Source: the human T2T-CHM13v2.0 reference genome, Homo sapiens. Taken from it: a stretch of DNA of 64,000 bases. Below the pieces are notes generated by a model. The model was not told the origin of the DNA. It saw only the letters and a program-made list of their open reading frames with translations, and did not search any database. Positions 29,383-45,404 of the stretch are shown one piece after another. Positions within the stretch are counted from its first letter, which is position 1. The number at the start of each line of letters is the position of its first letter. The translations under genes and the position numbers were made by a program. The stretch is from assembly GCF_009914755.1 (NCBI RefSeq), contig NC_060926.1. One strand, 5' to 3'.

Positions 29383-32199
29383 GAATACAAACCAATACAG
29401 AAAAGAATTACCAACTCTGGGGATATATACATAATGCATTATAAAAATTAAGTGGCTTAATCATAAAATTGCTAGAGAGAGACCCTAAACCATTTCTAGA
29501 GAAATAGGGAAAGCAAATGGAATTAATTTTACATTATCAAGCAATGCTACTTTGTACAAAACTTTCTGGTCATAAGACTCTATCCTAACGGAACTGGAGC
29601 CCAGAGATATTAATATCAAGTTTAAGCCTTATAAGGTAAACTTATTACTGTGCTGCAGTTTGAATTCTGCTGCAAATATAGTATTTTAATTACAAGGAGA
29701 ATGATTGGCTTTTAGCAGTATGCATTGTAAGAATTGATGAGCTAGCACATGCCTTGGCTGCACCAATGCCTGCTGCTGCTCTTGGTGAGAGTCATTAACC
29801 ACATGCACATAGCCCCCAAAAAAGTGAAACTCCTTCTGCGATGCCTTAGAAAGCTCTCCCAGAATGCTTTCTGAGACAGCTTGAATAATAAGACACACAC
29901 CTGGACCTATGTAGTTGCAGTCACACCTGCTAGAATCTGCAGCCAGAACTACTGTTCTCTGACTGCATCGGTCTGACTGACCCATGGCAACTCAGTGACT
30001 CATGGAAGCCTAGACAATGTCAATCCATTTCCATCAATCACCAGGATTTGCCTTACACTGTCTAGATTTATGAAAGCTTTAACCCTTGACTTTGCCTGAG
30101 CCAGAGGCCCTCATTTAATATTGCCCCCAAGCAATTTTAAAGCTTTATTTTGTTTTCTCAGCAATATTCCCACTTGTTTAAAGCACTGCTTCCCAAAGTC
30201 TCTGTGGATAAGGACTGATTATTTATTTGTTTTGAGTCTACCTTGGACTGATACATGGTCCTACTAAACACAAATAGACACACACCACATGAACTCAACA
30301 ACATCCATGCTGGTGCATATCCCATTTAATGAGACGAGTCCACTGGGCATGCACATGGACGTCAGCAACATCACATCACTGTGAAAGTTTCTAAACACTC
30401 AATTTCTGTATGCATCTCATGTGAACAAACAGGTCACGTAATGGCCCAGGGAGTAGCACTGGTTTACAGAAAAGGAACCCACTTATAGTTTCTCTTCAGA
30501 ACTGTCATTTGGTCTTTAACCAGATAACAATAATGAGATCATTGACATTCCCTTAATTTTGTCTATTGGATCCATTTTTTTGTTTTATGAACACTAAAAT
30601 ATCTCTGAAGCTTTCCTCTTAAGAGCAGCCTCTTAAAACTTTTAAGTTCTTCATCTTTTAATTTTCTTACACTCAAATATAACCCCTCAGAGTAGTGAAA
30701 GAATCTCCTAACTCTATCTACACAAAGAATATTCCAGAATTATGATTAACCACCAATCCACTGAGACTCTCTATCAGTTAGCGGCTTCCAAAGAGGAAAC
30801 TTGTTGATACAAACCAAAGGCTGATTGAATATTATGGGTGTATGGATCAATTCATACAGCTGTAAAAAGCATTCTGATGCAGGTTCTGTAGATAATTTGC
30901 AATTGGAAATCCATTAGCAGCATAAATGGAGATGAATAATGTTAAAATGCGCTGACCAGGCGTGTCAAAATAAGGATGTGACATGCATTCATAAAGTGAG
31001 GAAAAACACTTGCTGTAAAGCAGTTGGATTTTTTTCTCCCCTCTACTAAAAGAAATTGAAGATAATTTAGATTGTCCTGAGACAAATCTGTTAACAGGGA
31101 TACTAAAAAGATGAATGAAAGTAGAGAAAGAAGTATATGGTATTAACAACAGGAGCTTAAAAAAAGGAGTGTGAATGTTCAGGCTACAAATAAGCATCCC
31201 ATACATTTCAGAGGCGGTTTCAACCAGGACTCAGGAATAAGTACAAACAAAGTGAAATACTAATATTGAAAAACCAGGCTAAGCCAAAGGAGTGGACAAA
31301 AATAATAGTGTCCCATTACCAGAATTAAAATTTGTTCAGAAAGATGTTGAGTTAAAATTTGTTTTCCTTCCAAAGAATGTTATATAATTAGAATGAGGGT
31401 ATGTTTGCCATATCTGTACCCATGATTGTTCTCTGGTGATCCCATCAAGGAAGAAAGATGCTGGGTAGAACTGCAATATTGTGCATTAGGGAAGTGACAT
31501 TCATACTGCTGTCTTCATTTCAATTCTTTCTGTGACACTTACCGTTCTGGGAATCTGATTTTCACATCATAATATGAATATTCAAAATACTACTTTACAT
31601 ATCACATATGGTTTGGATTTGAGTGGTTTCTTCCCAAGCTGGAGGGATTTCTCTCAAGCAAATCTATGTATTTTCTTTTAAACATTTTTACTGTTTAGAA
31701 ATGTTTAGAAAGAACTTCTAAGTATCCTGAGGAAAAGTCTCAAATAGATATGAACATTTTTTTCCCCTCTCAGATTTTTGAAATAGCCAATCTAATTTTT
31801 TCCAAACTTTGAAAATTAATTCACTTAAGCCTATGGGTACTATATAATGTGTTATTAAAATAATGCTATAATTCAGTTAATTAACTCGAATGCTCAGAGC
31901 ATGAGAGATTCTAGTTAACTTGAATTTTCTAGATAATTGAAGCTTTTCCTTAAAATCTCTGCTTTTGCCCATCTCTTAAAGTACTTTGAAATCATAATTG
32001 AAAAAAAATCATAATTGAATATCAACTCAAATTGTACAGAAATATAGATTTATAAAAATATTTGAATTTACCATGAGAAATAGTCCAGGTATTTTTCCAT
32101 AGTCCCTATGTATGTTTAAATATATCTACATTATATCCTATAGAATTGTAACTGGAAGCTTGAAGTTGGGGGTAACCTGCAACTTAGTCCTTGTAAACT

Positions 32200-32520
32200 G
32201 CTGGATATTCTGAAAGGTGCTTTCATACATCAACTCATTTATTATCCCAGATAACCTTCAAGAGAAATTATCCCCATTTTATATATGAGAAAATCAAGGC
32301 CACACAGGTTAATAAATTTTCCAAAAATTACACAGTCAGCAGTTGGCAAAACAGAAACTCTAACTCAGATCTGTCTCATTCCAAACTCATGCTCTTTCCA
32401 TAAAACCACAGTGACCTAGGATCTAAGCTTAGTTCCACTATAATTGGGCTGTAAAGCTTGGGATATATTTTACCTCTACTGGCTCAGTTCCTGAATCTCT
32501 AAAATTAGAGTGTTGATCTC
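32200..32520. mobile_element. Two adjacent MIR fragments in opposite orientation
   Basis: attatccccattttatatatgagaaaatcaaggc (minus), then ggctcagttcctgaatctctaaaat (plus). Confidence 0.7.
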
Positions 32521-32521
32521 G

Positions 32522-32994
32522 GTAGCAGAAACTGCTAGTTGCCCTCCTGATATTTACAATCTTGTTACTTTTTTTCATTGTAAAGGATCCTCAATTCTCA
32601 GCTAGGCACATGATATAAAGGCCATGTTCCCTTGCAGATAGACATGACCATGTGGCTAGGGCACATAACTAATTACCAATGGGATGTGAGCAGAGGTGAT
32701 GAGTATAATTTCTGGTCATATTCTAAAAAAACTAGCCATGCCCACTTTTACTCCTTCTTGAGAGCTGGAATGCAAAGGAGGTAGTAAAAGTACCAGGCCA
32801 CACTAACAAACACAATATCCCGGAGTTGGTGGGAAGAAAAGAAGGAGGGCCTGGGTCCCTGAAAACAAGGAATGCTAAAGCTGTCTGTACTGCTTGCTTA
32901 CCTTGGGAATAACATGTGAGAGAGAAACAAATCTGTCTTGTGCACGCTATTGTTTTGGCTCTCTATCACATGTGAATCTAATCCTAACCAGCAC
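32522..32994 (+). mobile_element. MLT1J/I-like MaLR LTR
   Basis: cccttgcagatagacatgaccatgtg...ccaatgggatgtgagcagaggtgatg...atgtgagagagaaacaaa...aatctaatcctaac. Confidence 0.75.
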
Positions 32995-34062
32995 CTGCCT
33001 CTCCCAACACTAGATCCTATAATTCCACATGCTTGAGAGCAGAATTTTTATGAATAGGAAGTGTGGCATGTTTGACAATTAGAAAAATAAGTAAATAGAG
33101 AATAATTATTTTTGTTGGGGGTGGAGAAGTCATTTGATTCTTCCCCTGAACATAGCAAATAGAAATAAAACTTTATAGACTGCTTTCGTTTCATCAAAAT
33201 TTTACTCTACTCATTTTATATGATTTTCTGCAAAGTTAGAATGATTGATTTTCTCTTGTCTATAAAGGGTATAAGGGGTGCTTTTTGAAAGTATCAAGTG
33301 ATGTAATTACTGAAGGCTTTCTTGTGGGTCATTTATTACAAGGTTCAGAAAGCGGAAGGATTTTAGTTAAGATTCTATAACCCATTAGAGGCAGAATGAA
33401 AATGAAAATGCAAGTCGTATGTTTTCACCTGCATCTGCTTTTTTATTCCAAATATTTTATATCTAAGTATAAAAACAATTATGTTCTAGCTATTCCATGT
33501 ATGTGAATTTAAGACACACACAAACACACACCATTAAGAAATAAAATGCTCCATAACCAGAATTCCAAAGTCATAGACTCAAGGATCTAACTGGAAAGCA
33601 AAGAAAATCAATCTTCCATAATAGAGAAGCTGAGAAAATAGGGAGAATAGAACATGGCCAGGGGAGGGTGGCTAAATTACAAAAGCAGCATTTGATTTGA
33701 CGAACATGAGATTTGGAATGGTTGTATGATGGCAATTGAGTTCTCCTAGACAGAAAAAATTGAGTCGGAAATCATGCCAAGAAGAAATGATTGTCTTCCT
33801 TCTGTTGGCAGAAGCAACTCCAGGAGGGAATGAATTTCTCACAAAGCATAACTTGAACCAAACCATCAGTCAAGGTAAATGCAGAGTAGAAACCCAACTC
33901 AACAGCTCTATTGAAACAGATGGGCTCTGCTATCCTGTTTGACTGAAAGCTACAGCTCCCAGACTTGGGGAAGCATTCTGTGTTACAGGTGGGGCAGATT
34001 GAGAGCCCACTTCTCTGTAGGGGGCTGAAGCCTCATGCTTTCATAATACCATTGCCAAGATG

Positions 34063-34405
34063 GTCATTCATTCCATTCATTCATTCATTCACCAGGTATT
34101 TACTGAGTATTTACTCTGTACCATGCACTGTTCTGGGAGCTGGAGATGTAGCTGGAAAAAAAAACAGGCACGTCACTGTTCTTATCAAGTTTACATTATT
34201 TTGGGGGAAGAGAGAGATAATAGTCAAGTAAATACATAGTATGTCAGGTGCCAAAAAAATGCTATGAAGAAAATTAAGCAAAGAAGAGAAATAAAAACAT
34301 ATTGAGAGGGTGGGATGCGAGTTCATGTGAGGTAGTCAGAAAAGGCATCTCTAAAAAATGATATTGAGGCAATAACTGCAGGAAGATATTGAGATTAACA
34401 CCAAC
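34063..34405 (-). mobile_element. L2a 3' part (continues at 40638)
   Basis: tcattcattccattcattcattcattc tail; tatttactgagt...gcactgttctgggagctggagat...aaatgctatgaagaaaa. Confidence 0.85.
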
Positions 34406-34758
34406 ACACTGGATACATTTTCTTTCATGCCAATAGAAACACAAGTTATGGAGGAAGGAGCCAAGATGGCCGAATAGGAACAGCTTTCGTCTACAGCTCC
34501 CAGCGTGAGTGACGCAGAAGGCAGTGATTTCTGCATTTCCATCTGAGGTACCGGGTTCATCTCACTAGGGAGTGCCAGACAGTGGGCGCAGGCCAGTGGG
34601 TGCGTGCACCGTGTGCGAGCCTAAGCAGGGCGAGGCATAGCCTCACTTGGGAAGTGCAAGGGGTCAGGGAGTTCCCTTTCCGAGTCAAACAAAGGGGTGA
34701 CAGACCCACCTGGAAAATTGGGTCACTCCCACCTGAATACTGCGCTTTTCCGAAGGGC

Positions 34759-34899
34759 TTAAAAAAGGCGCACCACGAGATTATATCCCGCACCTGGCTC
34801 GGAGGGTCCTAGGCCCACGGAATCTCGCTGATTGCTAGCACAGCAGTCTGAGATCAAACTGGAAGGCGGCAGCGAGGCTGGGGGAGGAGCGCCCGCCAT
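34759..34899 (-). pseudogene. ORF0: L1 antisense ORF0, truncated to 46 aa (copy 2)
   Basis: MAGAPPPASLPPSSLISDCCASNQRDSVGLGPSEPGAGYNLVVRLF-stop. Confidence 0.85.
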
Positions 34900-35354
34900 T
34901 GCCCAGGCTTGATTCGGTAAACAAAGCAGCCTGGAAGCTCCAACTGGGTGGAGCCCACCACAGCTCAAGGAGGCCTGCCTGCCTCTGTAGGCTCCACCTC
35001 TGGGGGCAGGGCACAGACAAACAAAAACACAGCAGTAACCTCTGCAGACTTCAATGTCCCTGTCTGACAGCTTTGAAGAGAGCAGTGGTTCTCCCAGTAC
35101 GCAGCTGGAGATCTGAGAACCGGCAGACTGCCTCCTCAAGTGGGTCCCTGACCCCTGACCCCCGAGCAGCCTAACTGGGAGGCACCCCCCAGAAGGGGCA
35201 CACTGACACCTCACACGGCAGGGTATTCCAACAGACCTGCAGCTGAGGGTCCTGTCTGTTAGAAGGAAAACTAACAAACAGAAAGGACATCCACACCAAA
35301 AATCCATCTGTACATCACCATCATCAAAGACCAAAAGTAGATAAAACCACAAAG

Positions 35355-36366
35355 ATGGGGAAAAAACAGAACAGAAAAACTGGAAACTCTAAAACGCAGA
35401 GCGCCTCTCCTCCTCCAAAGGAACGCAGTTCCTCACCAGCAACACAACAAAGCTGGATGGAGAATGACTTTGACGAGCTGAGAGAAGAAGGCTTCAGACG
35501 ATCAAATTATTCTGAGCTACGGGAGGACATTCAAACCAAAGGCAAAGAAGTTGAAAACTTTGAAAAAAATTTAGAAGAATGTATAACTAGAATAACCAAT
35601 ACAGAGAAGTGCTTAAAGGAGCTGATGGAGCTGAAAACCAAGGCTCGAGAACTACGTGAAGAATGCAGAAGCCTCAGGAGCCAATGCGATCAACTGGAAG
35701 AAAGGCTATCAGCGATGGAAGATGAAATGAATGAAATGAAGTGAGAAGGGAAGTTTAGAGAAAAAATAATAAAAAGAAATGAGGAAAGCCTCCAGGAAAT
35801 ATGGGACTATGTGAAAAGACCAAATCTACGTCTGATTGGTGTACCTGAAAGTGATGGAGAGAATGGAACCAAGTTGGAAAACACTCTGCGGGATATTATC
35901 CAGGAGAACTTCCCCAATCTAGCAAGGCAGGCCAACATTCAGATTCAGGAAATGCAGAGAACACCACAAAGATACTCCTCGAGAAGAGCAACTCCAAGAC
36001 ACATAATTGTCAGATTCACCAAAGTTGAAATGAAGGAAAAAATGTTAAGGGCAGCCAGAGAGAAAGGTTGGGTTACCCTCAAAGGGAAGCCCATCAGACT
36101 AACAGCGGATGTCTCGGCAGAAACCCTACAAGCCAGAAGAGAGTGGGGGCCGATATTCAACATTCTTAAAGAATTTTCAACCCAGAATTTCATATCCAGC
36201 CAAACTAAGCTTCATAAGCGAAGGAGAAATAAAATACTTTACAGATAAGCAAATGCTGAGAGATTTTGTCACCACCAGGCCTGCCCTAAAAGAGCTCCTG
36301 AAGGAAGTGCTAAACATGGAAAGGAACAACCGGTACCAGCCGCTGCAAAATCATGCCAAAATGTAA
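35355..36366 (+). pseudogene. L1 ORF1p, disrupted (copy 2)
   Basis: MGKKQNRK start; premature TGA at 35742-35744 (CGA in copy 1); small deletion/frameshift near 36170. Confidence 0.95.
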
Positions 36367-36429
36367 AGACCATCCAGACTAGGAAGAAACTGCATCAACT
36401 AACGAGCAAAATCACCAGCTAACATCATC

Positions 36430-40260
<3,831 letters not shown>

Positions 40261-40483
40261 ATGAGAACACATGGACACAGGAAGGGGAATATCACACTCT
40301 GGGGACTCTTGTAGGGTGGGGGGAGGGTGGAGGGATAGCATTGGGAGATATACCTAATGCTAGATGACGAGTTAGTGGGTGCAGTGCACCAGCATGGCAC
40401 ATGTATACATATGTAACAAACCTGCACAAGGTGCACATGTACCCTAAAACTTAAAGTATAATAATAATAATTTTAAAAAAAAA

Positions 40484-40637
40484 AGAAACACAAGTTATGG
40501 ACCCATCGACAAAATGGCTTTGTCTTCTACCTGTCCCACTGAGTCACTTAGAATTCTAGGCTCGCTCTCCTGGGAGAAAGTTACACAGCCTTTTCTGTAT
40601 CCAGTGGGAAACATATTTTTTTACCCATGGCAGAAAA
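40484..40637. repeat. Left arm of a local inverted duplication (its first bases lie at 34429-34452, before the L1)
   Basis: Reverse complement of 42262-42419 with 9 substitutions and one 2-nt indel by hand alignment. Confidence 0.95.
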
Positions 40638-41410
40638 GAAAAGACATCCTTCCGAGACCGTAAAGCAAAGCAGAAGTGCCTGGTGTGTTCAAGGAACAGC
40701 AAGATGGCCAGAGTGGCTGGAGCTGAGGGAAGAAGGTGGAGAGGGAGGAGAAGAGAGAGTGGAGCCAGGTGAGAAGGGACACTGGGGGCTCACAGTAAGA
40801 ATGTGGATGTTACTCAGACAGGGATAAACTGGGGCACATTGAAGAGAGAGAAAGAATGATCCCCCTTCATTCTAGAAGAATTACTCTGGCTATGGAGTAG
40901 AGGACAGGCTAAGTGGGCAAGAGTAGAAAGTGGGACCCCAGTTAGGGACCATCACAACATCCAGGTGGGAGGTGACAGCAGATGAAACGATGGAAATTAC
41001 AGCGGGGGTTGGGGGTGAAAGGCAATTGGATTCTGGACATATTTCCTAAATAAAGCTGACTTTATATTCTGGGCAGGAAAGAAAGGAAACTCCAGGGTTC
41101 TTTCTTGGCCTGACTGCCCGGTAGATAGATAGTTGTCATTTACTGAAATGAAGAGGTTGGTGGAGAAAAGCGGTTTAAAGGTGAGAATTATCCACTCAGT
41201 TTTGGATATTTTAGGTTTGAGGCACCTATAAGACATCAAAGTGGAGACATAAAGCAAATAACCAGATAGTCACATTTGGAGTTCAAAGAAAAGATTAAAG
41301 AAGGATCTTTCAGAGGAGAGACAATTTAGATAGCCAGTCAGATTGTGTAACTAATGGGTAAGAAAAGATAGGAAGCTAGTGTGGAAAGAGAAGAAGTTTG
41401 AAGACTGAAG
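40638..41410 (-). mobile_element. L2a continuation
   Basis: gtgcctggtgtgttcaaggaacagcaagatggccagagtggctggagc...gattctggacatattt...tcatttactgaaatg...cagttttggatatttt. Confidence 0.85.
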
Positions 41411-41549
41411 TTTGAAGGTTATTGTAATGACAAACGTTTCAGATTTCTAGTTGCCTTTCCAATACTACTTTTCACTTCTTCCTAATAAAAGAACCTTGAT
41501 ATTATTAAAAAGCAGGAGTTATACCCCAGATCTACAGAATTTAGCACAC

Positions 41550-41760
41550 GGAGTGGTATAGAGAAAAGTATTTGGAATATAAGGTCAAACAGACCTGGAT
41601 TTGAATCCCTCCTCTGCCACTAAGCAGCTGTGTTCTTAGGTGAGTTTCTTAACCTCCCAGAGCCTCCTCATTTGTGTAACTCTGCCCCATGGGGTTGCTG
41701 AGAAAATGAAATAATACATATGCGGGAACACACAGGTTAGTTGCCCTGTAAGGTTAGCTA
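41550..41760 (+). mobile_element. MIR SINE
   Basis: cagacctggatttgaatccctcctctgccactaagcagctgtg...ttcttaacctc. Confidence 0.8.
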
Positions 41761-42261
41761 CCTCAATCCTTAATTATGCTTTCTCCCATGTATTTTTAAC
41801 TAGGAGCCTTCTAGGTTCATTGTACAATGCAATGATGCAGGAGAAAAAGCAGAAAAAAGTGTTACTGTCTGCATGAACATATGAAATCTCCATGTACCAA
41901 AAAGGATTATTTTTATGGCTTCATGTTTTTTTAACTGATCTGGTCAAATAAAGATAAGTTCAGTTCTTTCTCTATTCATCTTTAGAGGAAACTAGGGCAG
42001 GGACTTTGCCCTTTTTAATGTTTCATTAAGCAAGATATGTGCCTGCTTATACAACCTCTGTAATAACTGCAGTGCCACTCGGGCTGGAGGAAGATTTCAT
42101 CCCACCTGAGCACACTCACATCTATATTCTTTCCCCAGGCGAAGACCTGCCTCATACATTCATCACCTGAACCCGTGGCAAGTGATTTCCTCAGCTTTTA
42201 TCATGTCACCTCCCAGCCCTGTGCCAGCATATGGTCTATTATGTGCAAATGATTAAACAGA

Positions 42262-42419
42262 TTTTCTGCCATGGGTAAAAATATATTTCCCACTGGATAC
42301 AGAAAAGGCTCTGTAACTTTCTCCCAGAAGAGCAAGCCTAGAATTCTAAGTGACTCAATGAGACAGGTAGAAGACAAAGCCATTTTGCCAATGGGTCCAT
42401 AATTTGTGTTTCTATTGGC
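42262..42419. repeat. Right arm (probable donor) of the local inverted duplication
   Basis: ttttctgccatgggtaaaa...tgtgtttctattggc; see 40484-40637. Confidence 0.95.
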
Positions 42420-43169
42420 CTAAAAGAAAATGTATGCATTGTGTGATTCTCCTGAACAAAATGGAGGTCAGAGGACTGCATTCAGAAATAATTATCTTAA
42501 ACCTCAGAGGCTTGTACATATTGTCTTTCTCCCTGGGATGCCCTCTTCTTCCTGTTTACCCAGGTATCTTTCACACTTGCTGCGATACTCAGTTCCTGTT
42601 ACCTGTTCCGGGTAATGAAGATATGGACGACACTCTCTCCCTTGGCTGAGTGAACAGTGTCTCCTGTGACTTTCAAAACTTCCAGGGCTTATCATTATCA
42701 AAACATTTATCATACTGCATTATAATTTTGCATTTACTTGTCTATTTTACAGACAAACACCCCATGTGTTCCCTGAGGGTTCTTTTTATCTCTCAAACTT
42801 CAGTGCCTAGCACACAGTAAATATTCAGTTAACAGTAGGATAATTCTTCTTCGATTCAATAAAATTTCTTTTTAACTACAATTTTAATATAACATTGCCA
42901 ACACTCAAGAATTTTTCCGTTATTAAATATGTCTGAAACGCATATATTTTATATGTTATGCATAAACACATACATGCAAACTACAGAAAAATACCCCAAA
43001 ATGGTACAGCAATTCTAGAAGGTGGAGATATTTTCCTGTTTCTTTGATTTTGCTGAATTTACCTTAAGTTCAACAATAAACCTACTACTTTCAACATTTA
43101 AAAAATAATAATGAACTTAAGGTATTTTATTCTATTTAATGACAACAACAAGCTACATCAGACCACTAG

Positions 43170-43350
43170 TAGATATCTGTCTGGAGACATATTGTCTAGT
43201 AACTATATGACTTTTTGCAATTTTCTCAATCTCTTAGAGAGTCTGTTTCATCTGTAAAATTAACCAGATCAAATGAGTTGTTAAGTGGATTAAATAAAAC
43301 CACTTATACAAAATGCCTTCAGTAATACCTGATACAGAGCAGGTACTGAA
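43170..43350 (+). mobile_element. MIR fragment
   Basis: tctgtttcatctgtaaaat...ggattaaataaaa...aatacctgatacagagcaggtact. Confidence 0.65.
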
Positions 43351-43919
43351 TTGAAGAAGGAAGTTAGTTGTGTTGCTGCTTCTAGAAATGAAGCTTATAG
43401 TCAGAACACAAAACTTTCTCTTTGGTAAAGATAGGGAAGCACCTGCTGCAAGTTACTAAGGTAGCTTGAATTTCTCAGCAGAACATGGAGCTGCCCCAGA
43501 CCAGCTTCTACAGAGACAGTCATGAGATGGAGAATGACATCCTGGGTGTCATGATGACCCCAGGTGTGTGTGAGACCCCTGGTCAGAAGAACATATGTTG
43601 AGGACCTTGGCTAAACAGCTTCTGAAAGTTCATCCTCAATGTTCTATATCTCTACAGAACAAATTAAGTGCAAGGCTGGGTTTAAGTGGGAAGAGAGTAA
43701 GGTTTAAATGCCGACCAATCTAGGTTTGAACCTCACACCTGGTACTGATTTACTTTGCAGAACCTTGGTCAAAACATTTTTTTTGGACCTAAGTTCCCCC
43801 AGAACTGTGAAAGAGAGTGATATGACCCGCCTTACAGAGTTCTCTGAAGAATTAGACACAAAGTATGAGGAGGCACATTGTAGGTGTCTGGAGTAGCTAT
43901 TATTAACATTTCAGCCATG

Positions 43920-44212
43920 CACAATGCAAATATCTGAAAGGTCAGCCAGGTAGCCCAGATGGAGGAAGGAGGCCAAGTAGATCCCGCAGTAAAGAAGCAA
44001 TTGAATGTCCATCTACGTGAAGCAATCAGACAAATGTAGCCATCCTGGAATCCAAGGCAGATGGCCAGTGCTGCTTCTGTTTCAAAAGAAAAGACAGAAG
44101 TCTGGATTTTGTCAGGTATTGATTCAAGTTTTAAAATCAAGAAATATTGTATAGATTGAATAAATCCGTTGTGTGAGCAAGAACCAGCCCATGCATGGCT
44201 AGCTTGCAACCT
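43920..44212. mobile_element. MER102-like hAT DNA transposon remnant
   Basis: aaaagaaaagacagaagtctggatttt...cagcccatgcatggctagcttgcaacct terminus; recall-based. Confidence 0.5.
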
Positions 44213-44488
44213 AATTTAATCTCTAACTGGAGAAATTAAGAGGAAACAAATCTACTAAGACTAAACAAGACTAGAATGAAAATGTTCCACCCCAGATGAT
44301 TTCCTTGGCCCCATGGTCACCCGCTGGTCCTCTGAGCCTTTCTTGGACCCCACCCAGGGATGCAGCAGAAAGACTTCCTTATACTCTGCCTTGGGAAGGG
44401 GTTGAAGCATCTCTGCAGCTATCTCTCTAGTGGCCATAGCAGGGGAGAATTCTATCGATGTCATTATTCATACATTATTCTTATTTAA

Positions 44489-44986
44489 GCAGGTATTTCC
44501 ACAATAGCTGTATTTTTTTTTTTTTTTTTTTTTTTTTTAGGCAAGATCTCACTCTGTCACCCAGGCTGGAGTGCAGTGGCACCATCTCGGCTTACCGTAG
44601 CCTTGAACTCCCTGGCTCAAACAATCCTCCTGTCTCAGCCTTCTGAGTCACTGGGACTACAGGCACATGCCACCATGCCTGGCTAATTTTTCTATTTTTT
44701 GTAGAGACATTTCTCTATGTTGCCCAGACTGGTCACTACTTCCTGGGCTCAAGTGATACACTTGCCTCAGCCTTCCAGAGTGCTGGGATTACAGGCGTGA
44801 GCCACTGAGCCCCACCAATAGCTGTGCTTTAGAATCACCTGGAGAACTTTTTAAAAATTACCATTTGCCCTGGCCCCTCCCAAAACCAATTTAATTAGAA
44901 TATCTGGGGGTGGGGACTCCCTGCTCCAGTAGTTTGCTAAAGATCTTCAGATAATTCTAATGTGTAGCTATGGTTGATAACTACTC
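44489..44986. mobile_element. MER5-type hAT-Charlie MITE interrupted by an Alu
   Basis: tagaatcacctggagaacttttt...agaatatctgggggtgggg...ataattctaatgtgtagc...ggttgataactact. Confidence 0.8.
44513..44815 (-). mobile_element. AluJ-type SINE
   Basis: Poly-T then Alu reverse complement; TSD caatagctgt at 44502-44511 and 44816-44825. Confidence 0.93.
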
Positions 44987-45404
44987 TACCAAAGCTTTGT
45001 AGTCCTAGAAATCCCCCTGCTGAAATGCAAAAAATCTTAGTGAAAGTAAAAAATAAAGCTATTACTGGTCATTAATATTTCTAGAATGGATTAGTTTGTG
45101 AGATAATTTTAAACCTGGCTGGGTAGCTAGAGTGAGGAGAGGTTTTTGGAGTGTGAAGGCACTGCCCATAGAAGACGAGAGGGACTAGGGAAGAGGGATG
45201 AGGTTCTGAGTATCAGGGATCAGGACCAGGGATTCACAAGAACATATCATGGCCAAGTTCACACTTGAGGTTAGCTCGCCCACCGCACTGGAGGCTGTCT
45301 CCCAGGATGAATGAGGAATTTACCTCCTCACCCATGTTCAACCACACAGAGGGCTGGAACCACAAGGCACTACAAGATTATAGAGGAACCTACAGGACGT
45401 TAGG

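Noticed and set aside
29686-29985. 99-aa ATG-initiated minus-strand ORF in unique DNA
   Set aside because: No recognisable domain; this length is expected by chance in 64 kb.
30822-30830. TGATTGAAT as a PBX-HOX site
   Set aside because: It does not fit TGATNNAT exactly; too weak alone.
31988-32019. Short perfect duplications (aaatcataattgaa x2; similar ones near 31692 and 47532)
   Set aside because: Ordinary slippage duplications with no further structure.
40502-40637. Duplicated segment as an L1 3' transduction
   Set aside because: It lies outside the 3' TSD, has no second A tail, and the homology extends to the 5' side of the L1.
40484-42419. Inverted arms as terminal inverted repeats of a new DNA transposon
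   Set aside because: The enclosed DNA is L2/MIR colinear with the L2 outside the left arm; there is no transposase and no flanking TSD.
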